Below, one piece after another: positions 21,111-29,864 of a stretch of DNA of 64,000 nucleotides. The translations under genes were made by a program, and so were the position numbers. The DNA is from an uncultured Lachnospiraceae bacterium (lineage in GTDB: Bacteria; Bacillota; Clostridia; Lachnospirales; Lachnospiraceae), in contig CAJUCN010000007.1 of the NCBI GenBank assembly GCA_910585005.1, positions 37,289 to 101,288 of the forward strand, in the 5' to 3' direction. The notes under the pieces were generated by a model. It was not told the DNA's origin, did no database searches, and saw nothing but the letters and a program-made list of their open reading frames with translations. The stretch's first letter is position 1; every line of letters starts with the position of its first letter.

Positions 21111-21794
21111 ATGGATATTTTAAAAACAACGAATTTAAAGAAATATTATGGAGAGGGCGATACCCAGGTGAAAGCCCTTGACGGGGTAGATTTTGCTGTA
21201 GGGGAAGGGGAGTTTGTGGCCATCGTAGGCACATCGGGAAGCGGCAAGTCAACGCTCCTTCATATGATCGGCGGGTTGGACCGCCCTACAAGCGGAAAGG
21301 TAGAAGTGGCGGGGAAGGATATCTTTACTTTAAAGGACGATGAGCTGACAATTTTCAGGAGACGGAAGATCGGGTTTATTTTCCAGAGTTATAACCTGGT
21401 GCCGGTGCTGAATGTTTATGAAAATATTGTCCTGCCCATCACCCTTGACGGGAACAAGATCGACCGAGGGCATATTGACAATATCATTGAAACCTTAGGG
21501 CTTCCTTCCAAGGTAAGCAGCCTGCCGGGTCAGCTATCTGGCGGCCAGCAGCAAAGGGTAGCCATTGCAAGGGCCCTGGCGTCAAAGCCTGCCATCATCC
21601 TTGCGGATGAGCCTACCGGGAATCTGGACAGTAGTACGAGTTTGGATGTGATGGGGCTTTTGAAGGTGACCAGCGACAAGTTTAAACAGACCATGGTGAT
21701 GATTACTCACAATGAGGAGATCGCCCAGATGGCGGACCGGATCATCCGGATAGAAGATGGAAAAATCGTAAATAAAAAGGCTGTGGGGGTGTAG
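21111..21794 (+). CDS. ABC transporter ATP-binding protein (MacB/FtsE-like)
   Basis: Has Walker [10 protein letters not shown], signature LSGGQQQRV and Walker [13 protein letters not shown] prefer ATG 21111 (RBS AAAAGGAGG). Confidence 0.92.
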   Translation: MDILKTTNLKKYYGEGDTQVKALDGVDFAVGEGEFVAIVGTSGSGKSTLLHMIGGLDRPTSGKVEVAGKDIFTLKDDELTIFRRRKIGFIFQSYNLVPVLNVYENIVLPITLDGNKIDRGHIDNIIETLGLPSKVSSLPGQLSGGQQQRVAIARALASKPAIILADEPTGNLDSSTSLDVMGLLKVTSDKFKQTMVMITHNEEIAQMADRIIRIEDGKIVNKKAVGV

Positions 21795-21796
21795 AG

Positions 21797-24415
21797 ATGT
21801 TTAACGTGAACAGTAAAGCCGCGGTAAGGAAGCTTTCCCGGAAAAGCTTTGCGGCAGCGAAATCAAGAAATCTGATCGCCGTGCTTGCCATTGCCTTAAC
21901 GGCGCTTTTGTTTACGGCGCTTTTTACAATAGGGAGCGGTATGATAGAGAACTTCCAGCGCCAGACCATGCGCCAGGCGGGGGGAGACGGCATGGGGGCG
22001 CTGAAATACGTTACCGATGAGCAGTATGACAAGGTCAAAGACCATGAGCTGATCGAGGAGATTTCCTATAACCGCATTTTGTGTGACGATGTGTTAAATG
22101 AAGAGTTTTTAAAGCGCCGCGCAGAGTTTTATTATATGGATGATGTTGGGATCAAACTGGGATTCTGCGAGCCCACAGGAGGGCATAAGCCTGTGGCTCC
22201 CAATGAGATCATGATGGATACCAGGGCCATTAAGCTGCTGGGGATCCGGCAAAGGGAAGGAGAACCGGTGACTTTAAAGCTTTTGGTGCACGGAAAGGAA
22301 GTGGAGAGGGATTTTGTGCTTTCCGGCTGGTGGGAGGCGGATCCGGTGTTCAATGTATCCATTCTGATAGGCTCAAGAGCCTATGTGGATGCACATTTAG
22401 AGGAACTTTATAATGATTATAAGGAAAGCGCACAACTGACAGGTGTGATCAATTGCTATATCATGTTTAAAAATTCCATGGATCTTGAGGGAAAGATGGA
22501 TCGTGTGGTCACGGAAAGCGGTTTTTCCACGGATCAGGATTCGCCGGATTATATTGCATATAACGTGAACTGGGGTTATCTTTCCACCAATATCGGACTG
22601 GATGCGCCTACCATAGCGGCAATCGGCCTGTTTCTTTTGCTGATCATTTTTGCGGGCTATCTGATCATCTATAATATTTTCCAGATATCCGTGATCAGGG
22701 ATATCCGTTTTTACGGGCTTTTAAAGACCATAGGCGCCACAGGCAGACAGTTAAGGAGCATTATCCGGTATCAGGCGCTTGTCTTGTCCTGTATCGGCAT
22801 TCCTTTTGGGCTGGCAGCCGGATATTTGACAGGGTGTGCACTTGTTCCTTTGATCATGAACCAGACTTATTTTGCGGCAATTGACTATCAGGTTTCTTTC
22901 CATCCTTTGATTTTTGCAGGGAGCACCTTGTTTGCCCTTATCACGGTGCTTCTAAGCACGGCAAAGCCGGGAAGGATCGCAGGGCGGGTATCGCCGGTGG
23001 AGGCAATGCGGTATACGGATAGCGGCGCCGTGGTGGACGGACGGGGAAAACATAGGAAAAGAAAGGACGGACAGGGAAAAAAGAATACCCGGGAAAGGGT
23101 GCAAAGATCCGGATACGGTGCGCGCATAGCAGGGATGGCGGCAGCGAACCTGGGAAGAAACCGGAAGCGCACGGTTTTGGTAGTGTTATCCATGTCTTTA
23201 AGCCTGGTGCTGTTTAACACCATCTATACGGTAAGTCTGGGTTTTGATATGGATAAGTATTTAAGCAAATTTGTGGATACGGACTTTTTGGCTGCCCATG
23301 CGGATTATTTCCGGTATCGGTTCCGGGGACCGGAAAACGGAACATCGGAGAGCCTTATTGAGGCGGTGGAAGGACTGCCTGGCTTTGTGGAAGGGGGAAG
23401 GATCCTTGGAAATATCATGGATGAAGAATCCTTTAAGATAGAATATGACGGAGAGACCCGGGAAACAGCGGACGATCATGGAAATTATTTCTGTGCGGTC
23501 TACGGGATGGAAGATTTGCCTTTGCAGCGGCTTTGGGTTTTGGAAGGGGAGATCGATCTGGAAAAATTAAAGTCCGGAAATTATATCCTGGAGGGTGTTA
23601 ATCTGGATGATTACGAAAATCCTAAGTGGGAGTCCTCCCATTACCAAATTGGGGATACCGTGACGCTGCACAACTATAAAGGACGGCTTACGGAGGGGGA
23701 GGAGAATAATGACAAGGAGTATCAGAGCCGGGAGTATACAGCCAGGGAATTTACGGTGATGGCCAAGGTTGCCATGAAATATTATACCAATACCTGCGGG
23801 ACAGGGCATGACTTCAATTTTTATCTTCCTGCGGATGTGTACCGGGAGATGGTGGAAGTACCCGGAGTTATGAGCTATTCCTTTAATGTCAGTGACGAGG
23901 AAGAGGCTAATGTGGAAGCTTTTTTGGGAAAATATACGGAAGAGGTGGAGCCGCTTATGGGGTATAGCTCAAAGGCCAGCCGGAAAGGAGAATTTGAAAG
24001 TACGCGGAACATGGTGCTTTTCGTAGGCGGTGTGTTAAGCCTTGTGATCGGGCTTATTGGGGTGCTGAATTTTGTAAATTCCGTGCTCACCAGCATTTTG
24101 ACCCGGAGAAGGGAATTTGCCATGCTGCAGTCGGTGGGCATGACCACATCCCAGCTTAGAAAGATGCTGATGGTGGAAGGATTGTATTATACTGCAGGGG
24201 CGGGGATCCTTTCCCTTGTTCTGGCGGCGGTTTTTTCCGGATATGTTGTGCCTGGGGTGACAGGCGGGTTATGGTTTTTCACCTATCGGTTTACGTTAAC
24301 GCCTCTTCTTGTCACCGCGCCGGTCCTTTTGGCGCTGGGAATCATCCTTCCGGCGGGAGTGCTTGGCAGCGTGACCAGACAGAGCGTGGTGGAACGGCTC
24401 CGGGAAACGGAATAA
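21797..24415 (+). CDS. FtsX-family ABC permease with large extracytoplasmic domains
   Basis: 872 aa with two FtsX-like TM bundles separated by a basic linker and a large soluble region. Confidence 0.85.
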   Translation: MFNVNSKAAVRKLSRKSFAAAKSRNLIAVLAIALTALLFTALFTIGSGMIENFQRQTMRQAGGDGMGALKYVTDEQYDKVKDHELIEEISYNRILCDDVLNEEFLKRRAEFYYMDDVGIKLGFCEPTGGHKPVAPNEIMMDTRAIKLLGIRQREGEPVTLKLLVHGKEVERDFVLSGWWEADPVFNVSILIGSRAYVDAHLEELYNDYKESAQLTGVINCYIMFKNSMDLEGKMDRVVTESGFSTDQDSPDYIAYNVNWGYLSTNIGLDAPTIAAIGLFLLLIIFAGYLIIYNIFQISVIRDIRFYGLLKTIGATGRQLRSIIRYQALVLSCIGIPFGLAAGYLTGCALVPLIMNQTYFAAIDYQVSFHPLIFAGSTLFALITVLLSTAKPGRIAGRVSPVEAMRYTDSGAVVDGRGKHRKRKDGQGKKNTRERVQRSGYGARIAGMAAANLGRNRKRTVLVVLSMSLSLVLFNTIYTVSLGFDMDKYLSKFVDTDFLAAHADYFRYRFRGPENGTSESLIEAVEGLPGFVEGGRILGNIMDEESFKIEYDGETRETADDHGNYFCAVYGMEDLPLQRLWVLEGEIDLEKLKSGNYILEGVNLDDYENPKWESSHYQIGDTVTLHNYKGRLTEGEENNDKEYQSREYTAREFTVMAKVAMKYYTNTCGTGHDFNFYLPADVYREMVEVPGVMSYSFNVSDEEEANVEAFLGKYTEEVEPLMGYSSKASRKGEFESTRNMVLFVGGVLSLVIGLIGVLNFVNSVLTSILTRRREFAMLQSVGMTTSQLRKMLMVEGLYYTAGAGILSLVLAAVFSGYVVPGVTGGLWFFTYRFTLTPLLVTAPVLLALGIILPAGVLGSVTRQSVVERLRETE

Positions 24416-24436
24416 ATGATGCAGGATACCAAATGG

Positions 24437-24457
24437 CGCAGGGGGATTTCCCCTGCG
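24437..24457. terminator. Bidirectional hairpin between convergent genes
   Basis: CGCAGGGG / CCCCTGCG stem, T-rich on the + side. Confidence 0.6.
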
Positions 24458-24462
24458 TTGTT

Positions 24463-25269
24463 TCATGATGCGCCGGTATTGTGGTCCGTGTGATCAAAAG
24501 GAACAGAAGCGTAGGCGTGCTGGCCCATATCCACACAGACCCAAAGGAAACCTTCTTCGTATTCCACAAGATAATCAAAAAACGGGCTTCGTCCAAACAA
24601 TTCCCGAACCTGCCAATTGCCAGGATATCCGCTGAGTTCCTGATAGCCGGACAGGGCGATGGAAAGAGCCTGGGAGATGGAGATTTCGTATAAGTCATGA
24701 AAAGGGTTGATCAGAGAGACCGGGCCATAGTTTCCATGGAAATCAAAGGCGGCCCAGTTTAGCTGTGAAGCATAAGGGATCTGGTTAACGCCTGCACAGC
24801 GTTCCCCGCCTTCGTACTGTGCGTACAGGACGATATATTTTTTCAAGCCGGGGTGGAACAGCAGGTTCATGGACAGGTCATGTTCTTTTTGGGAGATCAT
24901 GGCATTGTAATATCCGCCATCCAGAGGGAAAATGCGTTCTGCCATCCAGTTGTCCCCTGTAAAATCATATCCGGCCTCCTGTCCGTATTGGCGTAAAATA
25001 TATGTGATTTCCAGGAAGATCCACCAGTGAAACCCCTGTCCGTCCCGGGAGGAAATAAAATCATGATGATAAACAAAATCATCGTTGCTTTCGTAAGAAT
25101 GCCAAAGATCCTGGCTTACGACGGGGGTAAAGCTGCTGGACGCGGAAGGGCCGGATGATATTGGGGCAGACAACAAACCGGGTTCTTGCCGGGGGAGTGA
25201 TTTGGCGTATGCGGATATGCCAAGCGTGCATATGAGTACAAGGGCAAAGCTGGTCAATCTTGTTTTCAA
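24463..25269 (-). CDS. Secreted hypothetical protein
   Basis: 268 aa with an N-terminal signal peptide (MKTRLTSFALVLICTLGISAYA). No family recognised. Confidence 0.55.
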   Translation of the reverse strand: MKTRLTSFALVLICTLGISAYAKSLPRQEPGLLSAPISSGPSASSSFTPVVSQDLWHSYESNDDFVYHHDFISSRDGQGFHWWIFLEITYILRQYGQEAGYDFTGDNWMAERIFPLDGGYYNAMISQKEHDLSMNLLFHPGLKKYIVLYAQYEGGERCAGVNQIPYASQLNWAAFDFHGNYGPVSLINPFHDLYEISISQALSIALSGYQELSGYPGNWQVRELFGRSPFFDYLVEYEEGFLWVCVDMGQHAYASVPFDHTDHNTGAS

Positions 25270-25526
25270 TCAGAGTTCTCCTTTGCAAATATGTCTGAAA
25301 ACGGCGTGATGGTTCTCTGGGCAAATTATACCATGGGAAACCGGTATTCTCAATAGCGGTAACAATTTATCAAAGCCCTTTTGCCTGCCGGATCCGGCAG
25401 GGATTTTTAGTTTTGCTTGACAGGTATGCTATATGATGATATATTAATGATATTAAAATAATATCAAGAATACTGAGGGATAAAAAGAACCCAGGTATGT
25501 ATGCAGGGAAAGGATGGAGGTTCACT

Positions 25527-26507
25527 ATGGAAGAGAAAAGAAATATCATTACGGAAAAGGAAATCACATCGGCAAAAGGGGGAATGGGGCTGATCCTGGT
25601 GCTTTTAGGATTTATTGTGGACATTGCGGCCATAGTGGGGGCAATTTTCTTTTTGGAAGTGGGAAGCGGGATGATTGGCGGCATTTTGCTGGCAGTTGGA
25701 ATTGTCTTTTTTGTGGCAATGATTATTTTAAGTACCGGGCTTCATGTGGTGAACCCCAATGAAGCAATGGTATTTACCCTTTTCGGGAAATATTATGGTA
25801 CAATTAAAAAACAGGGATTTTATTATTTAAATCCTTTTGCGTCAGCCATCAACCCGGCAGGGAAGACTATAGTCAGCGCCGGCGGCAATGCTTCGGCCGG
25901 TACGGTGAGCGTGAAAAAGATTTCCACGAAGGTTATGACACTGAATAATGAAAAGCAGAAGGTCAACGATGTGCTGGGAAACCCGGTCATCATCGGTGCG
26001 GTGGTAATCTGGCGGGTAAAAGACCCTACAAGCGCAGTCTTTCAGGTGGAAAACTACAAAAAATATTTATCTACCCAGTGTGATTCTACGATCAGGAATA
26101 TTGCAAGGCTTTATCCATATGACGTGATGGACGAGGGGGAAACGGAAGAAAAGACGCTGCGGGGCAGCAGCCAGGAGATTGCTGTCAATATGACGGCAGA
26201 GCTGCAAGAGAGGGTAAAAGATGCAGGGCTGGAGATTATGGAAGTGCGTATCACCCATTTATCCTATGCAGAGGAAATCGCGGCGGCAATGCTCCAGCGC
26301 CAGCAGGCGGTAGCGATCATTGCCGCAAGGAAAAAGATTGTGGAAGGCGCAGTGAGTATGGTCAAGATGGCCATTGACGAGTTGGGAGAGGAAGAGGTTG
26401 TGGTGCTTGACGAGGAGAGAAAAGCAGCCATGGTTAGTAACCTTTTGGTAGTCCTTTGCGGAAACAAGGATGCCCAGCCCATTGTAAACAGTGGAAGTAT
26501 TTATTAA
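25527..26507 (+). CDS. SPFH/Band-7 (stomatin-like) membrane protein
   Basis: Two N-terminal TM helices followed by an SPFH-like domain and a coiled C-terminus. I prefer ATG 25527 (RBS GGAGG, 8 nt upstream). Confidence 0.75.
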   Translation: MEEKRNIITEKEITSAKGGMGLILVLLGFIVDIAAIVGAIFFLEVGSGMIGGILLAVGIVFFVAMIILSTGLHVVNPNEAMVFTLFGKYYGTIKKQGFYYLNPFASAINPAGKTIVSAGGNASAGTVSVKKISTKVMTLNNEKQKVNDVLGNPVIIGAVVIWRVKDPTSAVFQVENYKKYLSTQCDSTIRNIARLYPYDVMDEGETEEKTLRGSSQEIAVNMTAELQERVKDAGLEIMEVRITHLSYAEEIAAAMLQRQQAVAIIAARKKIVEGAVSMVKMAIDELGEEEVVVLDEERKAAMVSNLLVVLCGNKDAQPIVNSGSIY

Positions 26508-26582
26508 ATATGCAGACGAAGAAATATGCCGCATGCGCAGACCACTACGGGAAGCGGATCCGGCAGGAAGGAAGTGAGAAAG

Positions 26583-26876
26583 ATGGGGAAGGCTATGCAA
26601 AAAGGCCGGATGGGAGAGTTGCCCTTGGAAGAACTGGAACAAAAGGAACAGGAATTGTCCCAGCGGCTTTTGCGCTTAAAGGCGATGGAGGATGAGATCC
26701 GCGATAAGGAAAAAAAGTTAAAAGAAACAGAAAAAGCGAAAAAGCAGATCCTGCTCCGGCTTTCCCCTTCCTTGTGGAATGAGATCGCAAAATGGGCGGA
26801 GGAAGATTTCCGTTCCATAAACGGACAGATTGAGTATCTTTTAAGCGAATGTGTCCGGCAGAAAAAGAAAAAATAA
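26583..26876 (+). CDS. Arc/MetJ-type ribbon-helix-helix protein with an N-terminal coiled coil
   Basis: C-terminus ILLRLSPSLWNEIAKWAEEDFRSINGQIEYLL is RHH-like. The start is uncertain (26526 or 26583). Confidence 0.55.
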   Translation: MGKAMQKGRMGELPLEELEQKEQELSQRLLRLKAMEDEIRDKEKKLKETEKAKKQILLRLSPSLWNEIAKWAEEDFRSINGQIEYLLSECVRQKKKK

Positions 26877-26998
26877 AGAGGCTGGACGCAGTAGAAAAGT
26901 CGTTAGAATATTGTATTTGAAAAACAAAGCCGGTATGCTATAATGCTTATACGAAAATATATCTTGTGGCGCCCCCAGGATACGATCGGAGGAACTTT

Positions 26999-29383
26999 AT
27001 GTACGAGGAAAGTACGGCATCGGCTTTGGGACAGTTGTTCTTTTATGACAAAATAAGCAAACGTGTTTCTGACAACAGTGGAAACATGCTGGCCGTAGCC
27101 CAAAAGGATAAAGAAAGATTTCAGGAAATCCTGGAAATTGCCGCGGCGGCAGACCAGCCGGCGGTAGTTTATACGGACATATGTGTAAAGGGAAAAGAAG
27201 GGAATGTTACAAGTTATCATGCCGGAATTGTTTGTACAGCGCCGGGGGAGCAGGTCATTGTTACACTTCAAAAAAACGAAAAAGCCTATGAGACGAATCC
27301 TGTAACGGATCAACTTACAGGGCTGCTTAACAGAAGCGCTTTTTCGGAACGGGTAGAAGATATGATAGCCAATGACGGTGCGGCGCCGGCAGAAAAATAT
27401 ATGGTGGTATATTTTGATGTACAGCGTTTTAAGACAGTCAATGATATGCTGGGGATTGCTGAAGGGGACAGGCTGTTAAAGCATATAGCCAAGGTGGTGA
27501 CCAGGGCGGTAGAGGGAAACGGTGAAGCATGCCGTATCGGTTCAGACCGTTTTGCATTGATCACAAAATGCGAAAAAGAAAACAGGGACAGCTTTGTAGA
27601 AAAATTGTTTGAGGACATCTCCGGATTTGATCTGCCTTTCGAGATAACTTGTAATGCCGGTATTTTTGTAATAGAGAATGGCCAGCTCCTGGCTGATGCT
27701 GCAATAGACAGGGCGATCATGGCGCAAGCGCCGATTAAAGGAAGCTATACAAGGCGATTTAATTACTATACTGAGGTTCTGCGCGAGATGCTTCTTACGG
27801 AGCAGGAAATCACAGGTATGATGAAAGCGGCCTTGGAAGGGGAACAATTTATGATCCACTATCAGCCCCAGTACAACCACTCAACAGGTATGCTGGTAGG
27901 GGCGGAGGCGTTGGTAAGGTGGCATCATCCTGAAAAAGGGCTGATTCCGCCCGGTCGTTTTATTCCCGTATTTGAAAAAAATGGGTTTATCACGAAGCTT
28001 GACCTGTATGTGTTTGAAAAGGTCTGTGTGTTCCTGCGCGGATGCATTGACAAAAACCTGCCTGTGGTGCCAATTTCCACTAATCTAACAAGGTACGATA
28101 TCTTTTCACCCAATTTTATAGAGATGCTTGAGGAAACCAGGGAAAAATATCAGGTGCCGCCAAAATATATCCGGGTGGAGATTACAGAGTCTGCCGCGTT
28201 AGGAAACAGCCAATTTATCAATGCAGCGGTAAAAAAGCTGCATAACTATGGATACATCGTGGAGATGGATGATTTTGGAAGTGGCTATTCTTCCCTAAAT
28301 ATTTTAAAGGATATCGATTTTGACATTATCAAACTGGATATGCGGTTTTTAGAAAGCGAACAGGGGGGAAAGAACCGGGGCGGCACTATTTTAAGTTCCG
28401 TGGTCAGGATGGTCAACTGGCTGGGGCTTCCTATTATTGCAGAAGGGGTTGAAACGATCCAGCAGGCGGATTTCTTAAAAAGCATCGGATGCGATTATGT
28501 GCAGGGCTTTTTATATTCAAGGCCTTTGGGGCAGGAGGCCTATGAGGAACTGCTAAACGGAACCCAGATTGGATCAACGATTCCACAGATGAAATTGATT
28601 GATACTTTAAATATTGCAAATTTCTGGTCAAGCGATTCCCTGGAAACATTGATTTTCAGTAATTTCGTGGGTGGCGCCGCTATCTTTGAGTATAGAGGCC
28701 AAAAACCGGAGATTCTTAGAGTAAACCGGAAGTACCTTGCCGAACTTGGAATGAATTTATCCGAAAAGGAACTTGTGAATGCAAACTTTTTGGACTTTTT
28801 TGACGAGGCAGGCAGAGAAGCTTACATAAAAATGCTTGATTGCGCCATTGAAAGCGGAGAGGAGCAGGAAAGCGAGGCATGGCGAACAATCACTTCTTCT
28901 TGCTGCGGCGAAGAGAAAATGTGTATCCGCAGTACGGTACGGGTGATCGGAAAAAGTAAGGATAATTATTTATTTTATGCAATGATCAGGAATGTTACTG
29001 CGGAAAAGAAGCAGTATGATGCTATTTTGGACAGTGAGAGACGGTTTAAGATGGCAAGTGAGCAGGTCAATATTTATTATTGGGAATATACAGTTGCTAC
29101 CAGGGAAATGCGTCCCTGTTTCCGGTGTATGCGTGATTTAGGGCTTCCTGCGCTTTTGACGAATTACCCGGATAGTGCAATTGAAATGGGTGTGTTCCCG
29201 CCGGAAACTGCGGATATGTACCGTGACTGGCACAGGCAGATTGCAGAAGGCGTGCCGTCTTTGGAGGCTGTGATTCCGCTTACAGTGGGAAGAATTCCTT
29301 TTATTGTGCGGTATACGACGGAATTTGATGAGAATAACAGGCCGGTTAAGGCTTACGGTTCCGCTGCTCTTGTAGTGGACTGA
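26999..29383 (+). CDS. GGDEF(degenerate)-EAL protein with additional C-terminal sensor-like region
   Basis: The GGDEF-domain signature reads RIGSDRF. The EAL motifs are intact (EALVRW, EITES, DDFGSGYSS, KLD, EGVE, QGF). About 250 aa follow the EAL domain. ATG 26999 has RBS GGAGGA. Confidence 0.85.
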   Translation: MYEESTASALGQLFFYDKISKRVSDNSGNMLAVAQKDKERFQEILEIAAAADQPAVVYTDICVKGKEGNVTSYHAGIVCTAPGEQVIVTLQKNEKAYETNPVTDQLTGLLNRSAFSERVEDMIANDGAAPAEKYMVVYFDVQRFKTVNDMLGIAEGDRLLKHIAKVVTRAVEGNGEACRIGSDRFALITKCEKENRDSFVEKLFEDISGFDLPFEITCNAGIFVIENGQLLADAAIDRAIMAQAPIKGSYTRRFNYYTEVLREMLLTEQEITGMMKAALEGEQFMIHYQPQYNHSTGMLVGAEALVRWHHPEKGLIPPGRFIPVFEKNGFITKLDLYVFEKVCVFLRGCIDKNLPVVPISTNLTRYDIFSPNFIEMLEETREKYQVPPKYIRVEITESAALGNSQFINAAVKKLHNYGYIVEMDDFGSGYSSLNILKDIDFDIIKLDMRFLESEQGGKNRGGTILSSVVRMVNWLGLPIIAEGVETIQQADFLKSIGCDYVQGFLYSRPLGQEAYEELLNGTQIGSTIPQMKLIDTLNIANFWSSDSLETLIFSNFVGGAAIFEYRGQKPEILRVNRKYLAELGMNLSEKELVNANFLDFFDEAGREAYIKMLDCAIESGEEQESEAWRTITSSCCGEEKMCIRSTVRVIGKSKDNYLFYAMIRNVTAEKKQYDAILDSERRFKMASEQVNIYYWEYTVATREMRPCFRCMRDLGLPALLTNYPDSAIEMGVFPPETADMYRDWHRQIAEGVPSLEAVIPLTVGRIPFIVRYTTEFDENNRPVKAYGSAALVVD

Positions 29384-29401
29384 CCTGACAGGAAAAGACA
29401 C

Positions 29402-29462
29402 TTGACAAATACCCCCATAGGGTATATTCTTTGTAAGAAGAGAATATACCCTATGGGGGTAT
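29402..29462 (+). promoter_or_regulatory. csoR-copA promoter with two CsoR-type operators
   Basis: TTGACA at 29402-29407. ATACCCCCATAGGGTAT lies at 29409-29425 and its exact reverse complement at 29446-29462. They form part of a perfect 22-bp inverted repeat (29409-29430 / 29441-29462). Confidence 0.8.
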
Positions 29463-29518
29463 TTTGCAATAAAGATTCCCGTCCCAAGAGCAGGGATTTA
29501 GAAAGAGAGGTAATGAGT

Positions 29519-29848
29519 ATGGCCCAAACGGGAAATAATTTGAACCAGGAAAATATTTGCGGGTGCTGCCGCACCAAAAACACACCCAGAAGCGAAAAGG
29601 AGTTAAGGCAGCTTCAAAACCGGTTAAACCGGATGATTGGCCAATTAAACGGAATCAGCCGGATGCTGGATGAGAACCGTTATTGTGGGGATATTTTGAC
29701 GCAGGTGGCGGCAGTGGAAAGCGCTTTGCAGAATTTTGGGTATCTTGTGCTTGCAGAACATATGGAGACATGTGTGGCGGAGGAGATTCGCAATGGAAAC
29801 GATCAGATCATGGAGGAAGTTATTGAGCTAGTAAAAAAACTCAAGTGA
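29519..29848 (+). CDS. csoR: Copper-sensing repressor CsoR
   Basis: DUF156-type sequence (LNRMIGQLNGISRMLDENRYCGDILTQVAAVESAL) with the conserved Cys/His ligand region. I prefer ATG 29519. Confidence 0.88.
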   Translation: MAQTGNNLNQENICGCCRTKNTPRSEKELRQLQNRLNRMIGQLNGISRMLDENRYCGDILTQVAAVESALQNFGYLVLAEHMETCVAEEIRNGNDQIMEEVIELVKKLK

Positions 29849-29864
29849 CAGGAAGGAGATCAGT

